A stretch of DNA of 64,000 nt from Azolla caroliniana (lineage: Eukaryota > Plantae > Polypodiophyta). How positions within the stretch are numbered: position 1 is the first letter of the stretch; each line of letters begins with the position of its first letter. Of the stretch, positions 25,430 to 37,296 are shown piece by piece. Made by a program: the position numbers and the translations under genes. The stretch covers positions 7,502,001 to 7,566,000 of the forward strand of contig JBHGNT010000004.1 in the NCBI GenBank assembly GCA_043228905.1, written 5' to 3'. Under the pieces are notes generated by a model. It had not been told where the DNA came from. It did not search any database and saw only the letters and a list, made by a program, of their open reading frames with translations.

Positions 25430-27007
25430 ATCAACAGTCTCTTTGTGTAGTACTATTCTCAGTGTCGATTCCGAATTGCTATGCCTACTAAGTGATTATA
25501 TTAAGATCTAATAGTCGATCATAGTTACACAAATATCAAGTCTTAATTAGTGACTAACTTACATCTATCCATCCTTCTACCACAATGATCTTTATAGAAC
25601 GTTCGGATCGGAACATTCGACATATTATGTTGGCTACACACAGTAATCGACTATTGGCCGAACAACACAATAATTTTGGCACGCCCGGTTACATCTGCAA
25701 TAGGCAGAGAACAAGGTGGAATGGATGTCGTCTAGTTCGCAAACACCTGTCGGCCGGAAATGTCCTCACACACGAGCAAAGACTCAACGTGTAGCAAAAG
25801 GTAGTGCTGACAATTTCGAACAAGCTCATAGGGAGTGGAATAGAATCTAGGATTTAATAGATAATCATTTAGAAGAGGAGCAGTCTAAGCAAGGTTCTTT
25901 TTTCAACATTTGGGGAGACGACAATATGTCGTACCCTTACTCAAAATACAGAGAGGGTGCCGATGCGGAAGCGCATATAAGAGATTTTCTGACCACATGG
26001 GAAGTGAAGCATGTAGCACAACGACTATCGGCAGCAACCAAGGTAAATTCCAAAATAGCTGAGTTTGTCCTATCATTGGATGGTCCGTCAGCAAATTGGT
26101 ATGCCCAGAATTAGCGGCGAAATTCACACAATTGTTTCATCGCAAGATTCCCCCAAAAGGATGTAATAGGCCAATTCTATGTGGCCTCTCAGGAGTCACA
26201 TGAAACGATATCACAATTTGTGATCCGATTTTCAAAATTTATGACTTCAAATTTCACGACCAATTCCAGAATTGGAATTGAAAGATATTTTTGTGGAGGC
26301 TATACGTGAGGCTCTTCGAACAACTTTAACACTGTTCGATTTCCAGAATCAATCATTGGAGCAAGTGGTAGATAAAGCTTTGGCAATGGATCGAACGCAC
26401 AATCATAACAGTATGAACATTTTCGCATTACATCACAACTTACCTACATTAGACGAGCTCTGATTTAGGCAAGTTGTTCAATGTATGACTTGTCGCAACA
26501 TAGGACATTCGACAATAGAGTGCAATCTACACACACATTGAACGATTTGCCATTCCAAAGCTCATTCAGTCGAGCAATGTGAGTATAATTTGCTCAATAA
26601 AATAGTCGCACTAGGAAAATCAGAATCGGTCACATGAGACGATCGACCAAAATATGATAAGTGGTATCAATTAGAGCGGCAAGTTGATAATCGGCGGAAT
26701 GATAGACGACGAGAGGATAATCGAAGACACGATTATCGGCGTGGTGACTATCGGTGTGTTGACCGATATGATGAAGATCATCAAGATGACTACCAACGGG
26801 ATAGTCGAAATGATTATGATCGGGACTATTCTCCTCGACGAGATAACAACAATCAACAGCCCTACAGGGGAAGTTGGAATCAGGATGACCACAACTCCAG
26901 TAACTATAAAAGAAATGATGATAATCGACCACTAAATCGTCAATTTCATGACAATTGAAAGTAGAAAGGGTCTCGGAAATTTCAACATGATTCTAGGGAC
27001 AGGGATA

Positions 27008-30000
27008 TGTTGGGAATATGTCCCTCCAGTGGGGGCAAGAACCGACTGATCGGAAAGCCGACAATCGATGACAGGGAAGATCCAACTGTCCGGAAAGCCG
27101 ACAGTCGAAGAGTCGAAAACAGTGAGTCGACTGTTTGAAGTCGTGTTGATGAGTGCCTTGGCCTCGGCCGAAATCAGAAACGTGTATATAGCCAACTCGG
27201 GAGACTATAATTGTAAATAGTCTAAGTGTGCGCCCCATGAGGGCTACGTATGTAAATAACCAGAAAGTTGCGCAAGTATATATGCAACTAGGGCAAACTT
27301 TTTGTTTAGTAAAAACCATGTAAGAACTGAAGTTGTAGTGTGCAAGAGAGCGAGAGAGTGTGTGTGTGTGAGCTGCGCCATAGCTGTGTGAGTAACAGCA
27401 GACGCGAAGAGCCCTGTGTGGCTGATACACTCGACAGAGTGTTGTATTCCTCTCGGTGTTGTATATCCACTTTGTATAGTGAAGATTCTGTTCACTCGTG
27501 GTTTTCCTCGTTTTAGGGTTTCCACATAAATCTCTGTGTACATCTGTTTATCTTGTCTTTCTGGTGTATTCTTGTGATTCCTATTTCAGCGCATAGTTCG
27601 TTTATTGCGATCTATTCCGCATCGATTTCTCAACAAACTTGTATCAGAGCTTGAGGTGCAAGCATGGAAGGAGGTGTTAGCAGTTTCCCAGGTATGATAG
27701 TTCTGAACTCACAGAACCATGCAGATTGTAAGATAAAGATGGAAGACCTTCTCATAGTTAAAGACCTGCACGAGCCAGTCGACAGAGCAGAAATACCCAA
27801 GGGGGTATTGGAGTGGGACTGGAAGCTTCTAAATAGGAAGGCGGTGGCCACAATCCGACAATGTGTCGATGTAAGTGTTCTTCAGCATGTGGCGAATGAC
27901 ACGAATGCCCACGAGATGTGGCAGAAGCTGTCGGGTTTGTACGAGAGGAAGAACGCGCTAAACAAAACCTCACTAATGAGAAAAATCGTACGGCTGAAAT
28001 ACAGAGACGGTGAGAGCATTGTCAAACACATCAGCACATTTATGGGGCATGTAAATCAACTTGTTGCGACAAAGTTTCCCTTGGATGATGCAATGTAGGC
28101 CATCCTGCTGATGTGTACGCTGCCGGAAAGTTGGGAGAACCTGGTGGTTACTCTCAGCACCTCCTGTCAAGAAGAGAACTTGTCTTTACGGACGGTGAAG
28201 ACAAGCATCCTAAACGAGGAGGCGAGGAAAGACAAAGGAGTCCTGTCCCAAACGGAGTCGAATCTGACTCAACATATGGACAGAGGAAGAGACTAGTGAA
28301 GAAGAAGTCTGCAGCGAATGGACAAATCGCATGCCATATCGAAGTCCAGAGGTAAGCACGTGTGCTTTTATTGCGGAAAACCTGGACACTTCTAGAAGGA
28401 CTACCGACACATGAAGAAAGACAAGAGTGTCAGAAATAATGTCGAACCCCGAAAGATTCTGAATGACAAGAACACTTCAGCCATTGCTACAAGCAATGAA
28501 GAACTCCTATTCTTTTGTGAACAGACAAGTGCAAATCTTGCAAGTGAAGATTGCACGTGGGTGATCGACTCCGGCACATCCTTCCCTATTACTCCGTCGA
28601 GAGAGTATTTCTCAACTTACATAGTTGGGGATCATGGCTATCTAAAGATGGGTGATAGTGGAGAGTGCGAGATAACCGGAGTCGGAAGTGTGTGCTTAAT
28701 GACGTCGACAAGGTGTCGACTAACGTTGAAGTATGTTCGACACATCCCCGATATCAGATTGAATCTGATATCAATTGGAAGGCTAGATGACGAAGGCTAT
28801 AGTGGTAGTTTTGGGAATGGCAAGTGGAAGTTCTACCGAGGAAACCTTATAGTGGCCCGAGCATAGAAAGAAGGCACATTGTACATGATGCATGACCGAC
28901 TGTGCAAATCGGAAGTAAACGTGGCAACTGACTCGGCAGGGGAGATATGGCATAAGAGGCTAGGCCACATGAGTGAGAAGGGAATGCACCTATTAGCAGA
29001 CCAGACACTTCTACCAGAAGTCAAGGGAGTGCACCTGGAGAAGTGTGTCGACTGCTTAGCCGGAAAGCTGAACAGGGCGGCATTCCACATGAGACCACCG
29101 AGGAGAAGAGAAGTTGCACTGCAACTTGTGCACATGAATGTGTGCTATGTGGATGCTCCATCGCATCGAGGAGGACAGTACTTTGTAACGTTTATTGATT
29201 ACTACAGTCTGAAGACATGGGACTTCGTACTAAAGTCGAAGGATCAAGTATTGTCGGTTTTCAAGGAGTTCTAGGCAAGAACTGAAAGAGAGTCGGGTCG
29301 GAAACTGAAGACTATCTGAACCGACAATGATGGCGAGTATAAAGGGCAGTTCAAAGAATACTGCAAGAGCCAAGGTATTCGAATCGAATACACAATACCA
29401 AAGACCCCAGATTTGAACGGGCTTGCAGAGAGGATGAACCGAACAATCATGGAGAGAGTAAGGAGCATGCTCTCCCATGCAAAACTGCCAAAATCCTATT
29501 GGGTTGAGGCGATGTACACAGCTATTTATCTGATCAACAGGTCTCCCTCAGTGCCATTAAAGGGTGATGTCCCACAGAGGGTGTGGATAGGGAAGAATGT
29601 CTCCTACCAACACTTGAGGGTGTTCGGATGTTTGGCGTACATGCATGTACCAAAGGATCAGAGATAAAAGCTCGACGGCAAGTCGAAAGCATGCATATTC
29701 ATGGGATACTCGGAAGATGAGTTCGGCTACAAGCTATGGAACCTAGTTGTCAAGAAGGTAGTGAGAAGTCGGGATGTAGTCTTTCTAGAAGACAGGACAC
29801 TCGAAGACTGGAAGCAACAGAAGTCGGAACCGACCCCCCAGTCAACCTCGACTACCATTGACTTAAGGCCAAGTGAGTCGTCACCGACAACTGTAAGGAG
29901 ACAGCTCGCCAACAGAGCCAAATCCGAGTCGGTCGACTCGGAAAGACCGACAAACTATGAGTCAGAGTCGGCAGAGCTGCTGAAGTCAATTGATGAATAT

Positions 30001-32345
30001 GAGTTGGAGTTGTCCAACCTGGAGATGCCGATTGACAAGCAGAATCCCGAGCAAAGAGAAGAGTTGGCAGAGTCATCCGGACTGGAGCCAACAATGAGTG
30101 GACAAAGATACCCACTCAGAGAAAGGAAGGCACCGATTACATATGCCAGTCAATATGTCCTCTTGATTGATGACGGTGAACCGAAATGCTATGGAGAAGC
30201 CATTGCCGACGAGAGTAGAGGAAAATGGTTGAACGCGATGCAAGAGGAGATGGAATCCTTGCACGCGAATTACATCTACGACATAGTACAGCTGCCTAAA
30301 GGTAAGGGAGCACTCAGGAATAAATGGGTCTACAAGGTAAAGACTGGAGAAGTCAACAACGAGCCCAAGTATAAAGCCCGCATTGTGCTGAAGGGTTTCC
30401 AATAGAAGAAGGGCGTCGACTTTGACGAAATATTCGCACCATGCGTGAAGATGACATCCATACAAACTGTTTTGAGCATAGCAGCCAGTTTGGACCTGGA
30501 GATCGAACAGTTGGATGTCAAAACCGCATTTCTACACGGGGAGTAAGACGAAGAGATCTACATGCATCAACCCGAAGGTTTTGAGGAGAAAGTTAAAGAG
30601 AATCTAGTGTGTCGACTGAGGAAAAGCTTGTACGGTCTGAAACAAGCTCCACGCCAATGGTACAAGAAATTCGAGTCCTTCATGGTGGAACATCGATTCC
30701 AGAAAACACGAGCCGATCACTATGTGTTCGTCAAAAGGTAGTAGAAGGAGATTTCTTGATTCTCTTGCTATATGTTGATAGGTTGATAGTCGGTCAAGAC
30801 ACAAGGAAAATTGGAAGCTTGAAGAAAGCTCTCGGCAAATCATTTGCCATGAAAGACCTTGGACTGGCAAAGCAAATCCTAGGAATGCACATAACCCGAG
30901 ACAGAGCTCGAAAGGTGCTATGGTTGTCACAACAAAAGTATGTGACGAAGATCCTAGAGAGGTTCAACATGTCGAACGCAAAGTCGGTCGGCTCAGTGCT
31001 ACCGACAAATTGCAGACTAAATGCGAAGCAGTGTCCGAAAGGGCAGAAGGAAAAGGCTAAGATGAAGAAGGTATCATATGCCTCAGTCGTCGGCAGTCTA
31101 ATGTATGCTATGGTATGTATGAGACCAGACATAGCATTTGTTGTTGCAGCAGTAAGCCGATATATGAGTAATCCAGGGAGAGAACACTGGACAGCGGTAA
31201 AATGGATACTCAAGTACTTAAATGGCACCTCGGGGGTGTGCCTAAGGTATGGTGTCAGGAGATGTCGACTCAAGCCGATCCACGTCAGGGTACGTGATGA
31301 CCCATGCAAGGGGAACAGTGTCGTGGCAGTCACGACTGCAGAAGTCTGTAGCCTTGTTGACTACAGAGGCAGAGTATATGGCAGCGGTAGAAGCCGGAAA
31401 AGAGTTGATCTGGATGAGAAATTTTCTCACCGAACTAGGCATGAAGCAAAAGGAGTTCTTGCTTCATTGTGATAGCCAAAGTGCCATAAATCTAGCCAAG
31501 AACGCGGCATACCACTCTCGGACCAAGCACATACAGAGAAGGTATCATTGGTTGAGAGAGAGAGTCGAAGAAGGAGAGTTTTCTCTCGAAAAGATCTATA
31601 CTGACGACAACGGATCCGACATGCTTACGAAGAGCCTACCTATGGACAGACTCAAAGTTTGTCGACAACATACAGGACTGACAGATTTCCTCCCACATGA
31701 GTGAAGGGGGAGTTTGTTGGGAATATGTCCCTCCAGTGAGAGGAAGAACCGACTGATCGAAAAGCCGACAATCGATGACAGGGAAGATCCGACTGTCCGG
31801 AAAGCTGACAGTCGAAGAGTCGAAAATGGTGAGTGAACTATTTGAAGCTGAGTTGATGAATGACTCGGCCTCGGCCGAAACCAGAAACGTGTATATAGCC
31901 AACTCGGGAGACTATAATTCTAAATAGTCTAAGTGTGCACCCCATGAGGGCTACGTATGTAAATAAATAGAAAGTTGCATAAGTATATATGCAACTAGGG
32001 CAAACTTTTTGTTTAGTGAAAAACAGTGTAAGAACTAAAGTTGTAGTGTGCAAGAGAGCGAGAGAGAGAGTGTGTGTGTGAGCTGCATCATAGTTGTGTG
32101 AGTAACAGCAGACGCGAAGAGCCCTGTGCGGCTGATACACTCGACAAAGTGTTGTATTCCTCTCGGTGTTGTATATCCACTTTGTATAGTGAAGATTTTG
32201 TTCACCCGTGGTTTTCCTCGTTTTAGGGTTTCCACATAAATCTCTGTGTACATCTGTTTATCTTGTCTTTCTAGTGTATTCTTGTGATTCGTATTTCAGC
32301 GCGTAGTTCGTTTATTGTGATCTATTCCGCATCGATTTCTCAACA
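27008..32345 (+). mobile_element. Full-length decayed Copia element (Tork/Tnt1-like)
   Basis: LTRs 27008-27635 and 31715-32345; TSD GGATA/AGATA; PBS TTGTATCAGAGC; PPT GAAGGGGGAG. Confidence 0.95.
27664..31704 (+). pseudogene. Copia gag-pol polyprotein with many stops and frameshifts
   Basis: WVIDSG (protease), WHKRLGH, NGLAERMNRTI (integrase), RT and TKHIQRRYH (RNase H). Confidence 0.92.
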
Positions 32346-34085
32346 AGATAATCCTGAAACTCAAGATGCTCATCGACCTCAATATGAACCCGGAGAATCT
32401 AGTGGCTCATCATTTTCAAATTGCTACATATGCAAAAGAGATGGACAGTATGCAAATCAATGCCTGACAAAAGAAAAAGGCAAGGCATCGATAGTAAATA
32501 TGGCCGTGCTCGAGCTTCAATAGGTAATCACTCGTAGCAACGGAAAACAATCTGAATGGGAAGTTCAGGAAGTTGTTCGTAAGACAGCTAAACAATGGAT
32601 CGAAGAAGCTAATAATAACAATGTCATGAGCATGCTACAGGAAAATGTTGCAATAGAGGATGGACTCACAGTGGATCAAATCGCATCAAAGATAACACCT
32701 TATGTTGTGGAAGCAAAGAAAGTCTTGGTTGATTGTCAAGTATCACTACCTTTGGATGGGTTGTTAAGATTAGTACCCCAGTTCACAAAAAAGGTCGTGA
32801 CTCTTATTGTGCAGAATGGAATTGAACAATTGTCGGTTAATTATAGCAATCCGGTCACTGGACCGACAATCATGGATGAACAGAGTCCCTCAATAAAGGT
32901 GTTAATTCGGGGATAGGAAGTTCCCAGTACTATTGTCGATGGTGGCTTGCGTGTAAATGTGATCAATAAAACCACATGTGATAGTCTCGGAATTACCAAG
33001 TGGGATGCGTGTCCATTTTGGTTAAGGATGGTTGACACTAGTACAGTTCGACCATTGGGTCTAATTCGACAATTAGAATGCATTCTAGGGGGGTCACACT
33101 TTTCAAATCTCGGCAGTAGTACTTCATTTGGAGGCACCAGGTGCATATCTATTATTATTGGGGAGACCTTGGCTAAACACAGCAAACATTAAACAAAATT
33201 GGAATAAGAACACCTTAACATTCCGAAAGGGAAAGAATAACATTCGGGTATCAACACAGAAAAAGGTCAGCATAACCCGACAGTGTTTTCCTGTTCATGC
33301 AAAAGCAGTAAATATGATGGAAGGTTAGAATGAGGCTGAAGAAGATCAATATTTTGAAGACAACCTGAAGCTCATTCCACTCTTCGAAGTAGACATCCCA
33401 CAAACACTTACTCCTTATATGGGGAAAGATGATAAAGAAGAAAAAGTTGTTGTGGATGACAAAACATTGAAGGAATTAAGACTGCAACAGCAAGCCATGG
33501 AGAGGGAGTTGCAAGTATCCCTAAGAGTTCAAGCATTGACGCTCGAAGAATTAAACTTAGCCGACGTCGACGCCGCACCAAAGACCATTCTAATAGCCAA
33601 AGAGATGGAGTCGGCGGATTAAGAGAGCATAACTTGTCTACTGCGTCAATATAAAGATGTGTTTCCCTGGTCATTTGAAGACATGAAAGGCTTAGATCCA
33701 GCATTCTGTCAACATCAGATAAATTTACATAAAGATGTGAAGCCGGTACAATAGCGTCGGTACCAACTAAATCTAAACTATGCTATGAAAGTAAAGGAAG
33801 AAATCAACAAACTCCTCAAAGTTGATTTATTCAACCAGTTAAAAAGGCAACTTGGTTAAGCCCGATTGTCATTGTGCCCAAAAAGAACGGAAAAATCAAG
33901 GTGTGTGTCGACTACAGGAACCTTAATGTTGTTGTAACAGTAATGGATGCATTTCCTTTACCTTTTACAGATGGTGTGCTGGATCCAATAGCAGCCCACA
34001 AAATTTACAGCTTTCTTGATGGCTTCAGTGGCTATAATCAAGTTCATATACATCCCAATGATCAGGAAAAAACAACCTTTGTAAC

Positions 34086-34387
34086 TGTTGAGAATCAAGC
34101 TCAACTTGGTCTAGTGTGTGAACTCACCTTGACAGTGAATAGACACTCCAACGGTCAAGAGACACCGCTTTGTATTCTAGCATTTAGTATGAGTCATAGA
34201 ATCATATTCTATGACACATAACTTATGAGCTTTCACATTCCCCATGCTCCATGAGTCTTGTAGTTAATGAAGAGAGAGGGTGATTACATAAAGCATCCTC
34301 CTCCCACCTTGTATAATGTTGAGTTTTTCTCCTTTGTTAATATACTTTTTACCTTACATATTCTCTGTGTCTTATTCCTTGTCTCTC

Positions 34388-34452
<65 letters not shown>

Positions 34453-35064
34453 CACATACATAACTCACATCTCTTCCGCTTCACAAGATTCATATCCGAA
34501 TCTTTACATGGTATCAGAGCGATTTGGTAGCTCGATCTAGCCCATTCGCCTCATTGTGATCGTGTGTTGTGCTCCACGCCGACGACCAAGAACCGGCTCA
34601 TCACTATCGTAGCTTCGCTACATAGCTCGCATTCGAAGAGAGAAGAAGAAGAAGAAGAAGAATCGACATAATGAATACTCAAATGGGGAGCGCTCTCCCT
34701 ACCGAGAAGTTGGATCCAAACAACTTCGCATCTTGGGAGTACAAGATGCATCAATACCTTGTCGGACAAGACTATTGGAGCGCATGAAGCCCAACCCGCC
34801 AAAGCGGCTCCCGGATACGCGACATGGGAGCAAGCCGCAAGCCGCATGATGTATTGCTTGGCGACATGTGTTCACGATCACATGCTCGGCTACATTCGCG
34901 AAGCCAAGACGCCGAAGGAGGCATGGGAAAATCTACGAAAGATTTTCACGGTGAACACAACCGCAAGAAGGCTTCAACTCCGCCAAGAGTTGAACAACAT
35001 TCAACAAAGGGACATGTCCATTACGACATACACCTCGAAGATCAAGGAGCTTTGCGATTCGCTC
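34086..35064 (+). mobile_element. Truncated Copia: LTR 34086-34508, PBS 34509-34520, gag start
   Basis: TGTTGAG...TTACA followed by TGGTATCAGAGC; gag nearly identical to that at 41420 onward. Confidence 0.9.
34393..34449. repeat. (CT)n/(AG)n microsatellite; similar tracts near 4516, 22394, 40622, 46316, 51127, 53500 and 59997, all inside LTRs
   Basis: Directly visible dinucleotide runs. Confidence 0.95.
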
Positions 35065-37296
35065 TTCCAAGAAGTAGCTTTTATAAGTCCCCGATTTTAC
35101 TGTATGCCCAAGCAGCGGGCAAGATTCATTATTCCTACCTATGAAGGGGAAACGATCCACTGAGGATACTTGACACGTGAGGCATTGCAGGATCAACTCA
35201 AGGGGGTGCAGAACGGCAAACCAATGAAGCCAATCTTTGGTAGATCGCTCACAGTACTCTGTCTAACTCCGAGTTCGGAGACTTGGCGTAAGACCCCAAA
35301 GACAGACAAGGGGGCAGCCAACACAACCAGGGTCGACATCAAGGGCCCGGAAGGAAGTACCACGTGAAGAGTGGCAAGAACTGGCGCCAACAACCATTGA
35401 TAACCAAGAGTCCGACCCAACCCGACAATCGGAAGCTGAGCCTTAGAGGGAGCAACAGCCAACTCCGAATTTCGACACCCTGGAACCGGAGCCAATACGG
35501 CCTCTGATTTTCCAACCCTGACCTATTCAGGAACCAATTCCACAAACACACCCTACCCAAGAATCAATTCTAATTTTTGAGGCTGAGAATCAACCATCTC
35601 CATACCGAACGAAGCAGAAACGTCGAAGATTTCAAAAACCAAAAGATGACGCACAGGCATAGAAGAGAAAGTGAGTTGAAGAAAAGTAGCAGCAAACACA
35701 ACAAGAGGAACAAGAGACATGTGTCGACCCGACTGTCACAAGTAGTCGAGAAAAGGGAAAATCATCTTCAATGACCCCAAGCAAAGTATTGGGCTTACAG
35801 AAATTACCCCCGACAGCACATGAAGTAGCAGTGATTCTACAGTTTGGCACATCCTACGAACCTGTTGAATGGCTTGCCTAGCGATTACAGTATGCATTTG
35901 ACATACTCACCCAAGAACACAAGGATCGACTTATGATTCAGAAGGCCATGATTGACGCAGTCGAGTGGGAGGATCAACCAGAGTTAGATCGAATCGGTCG
36001 ACAGAGACATGCCAGATCTAGGGGCAAGGCAATTCAAATGCCACCATTGCACACAACGTTGGTAGAAGTCCATCTAGAATACACACGAACGAACAAGGCC
36101 GCAAAAGACATGGCCGAGGCATGTCAGAAAGCTACGGCGGCAGCAGATCAATTAAATTATCTATATTCGAGTGCTAAAGAGGATAACACAAACTTGTCGG
36201 AGAGACTCTGTCAAGCAGAGGACAAACTAACATAGCCAGAGACTCATGTGCAGGTACCCGATACACAACTCAGGGATCAACTGCACGAAACAGAAAACTA
36301 GCTCGAATAGGCAAACGACAGAGCAGCTAAAACCAAGGAGAAGATCAAAAAAAATGGAAGACCGCATAGCGCTTGCAGAAATAAATAGGAGCATTGTTGG
36401 ATCACAAAGAATATGCAATTCAGCCGTTAAAGCAGTTGTTGGAGCGTCAAAGGGAGGCGATGACAACACAAGAAGACAAAGTACGAGAATTAGAGGAGTA
36501 CATCCGGGTGCAAGAGGAATATTTTGCAAATCAAATGGCGGAGATGATACTCAACTGGTCTGAAGTACAGACGAAGCATGAGCAGGAAAAGGAACGACTC
36601 AAGTCAGCAAACACCACATTGACACGTATGTGTGCTGAACTCGAAGTTAAATATGAAAATAAAAGCCTGGAATTACTGGTGGCCGAAGCGAAATTAATGC
36701 AAGAACAAGGGTCGGCAGACGCTCAAATAGCCGAGATGCGCAAGGAACTTGCCACAATGCAGTATCATGTCAGTATGAATGAAGACAAAGCGACAGGTTC
36801 TAAAGGCTCACAAGCTCAAAACGCTAAAGTTGGTCACAAACACCCTCGACAAGGGTTGGAAGACCTGGTCAATGCAGGCAGCAGAACTAAAATTGTTACA
36901 TGCCGACAGGGATAATCGTAACAAACAGGGCCCAGGATTCTTCAAGAACAGCAAAGAAGCCATTATAGTAGTCCAAGAAGACTTCGCCCGCGACTTCTAT
37001 GAACTAGTGGCCACCCACAGGGAGGACATCAATCGCCTGATGGAAGAATTTAATGCCCATGACATCGACACTTCGGTATGTTTAGATGACTACAAATGAG
37101 AACACCGGCAGCAGGCTGTAGCACTTGGAGTTCCCACTGAACCACCACAGGCCGAAGATGTTGAAACAACAAACAAAGATGCGAACGGGACTGACACAAA
37201 ACATGAGATAGAAGCAAAACCGTCATTGTTCGACATCCTCCGTGACGATGACGAGGAAGACCCCGACTCCACCGCAAATCAAGAGTACGACATTAG
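35065..37296 (+). pseudogene. Degenerate extra 3' ORF(s) of Gypsy C, unknown product, predicted coiled-coil
   Basis: Collinear sense-strand pieces 35170, 35771/35933, 36394 and 36779; E/Q/K/L-rich helical sequence; lies just upstream of the 3' LTR. Confidence 0.6.

Noticed and set aside
26630-26935. Ile/Met/Thr-rich ORFs
   Set aside because: Alternative frames of the low-complexity Arg/Asp-rich gag linker of Gypsy C.
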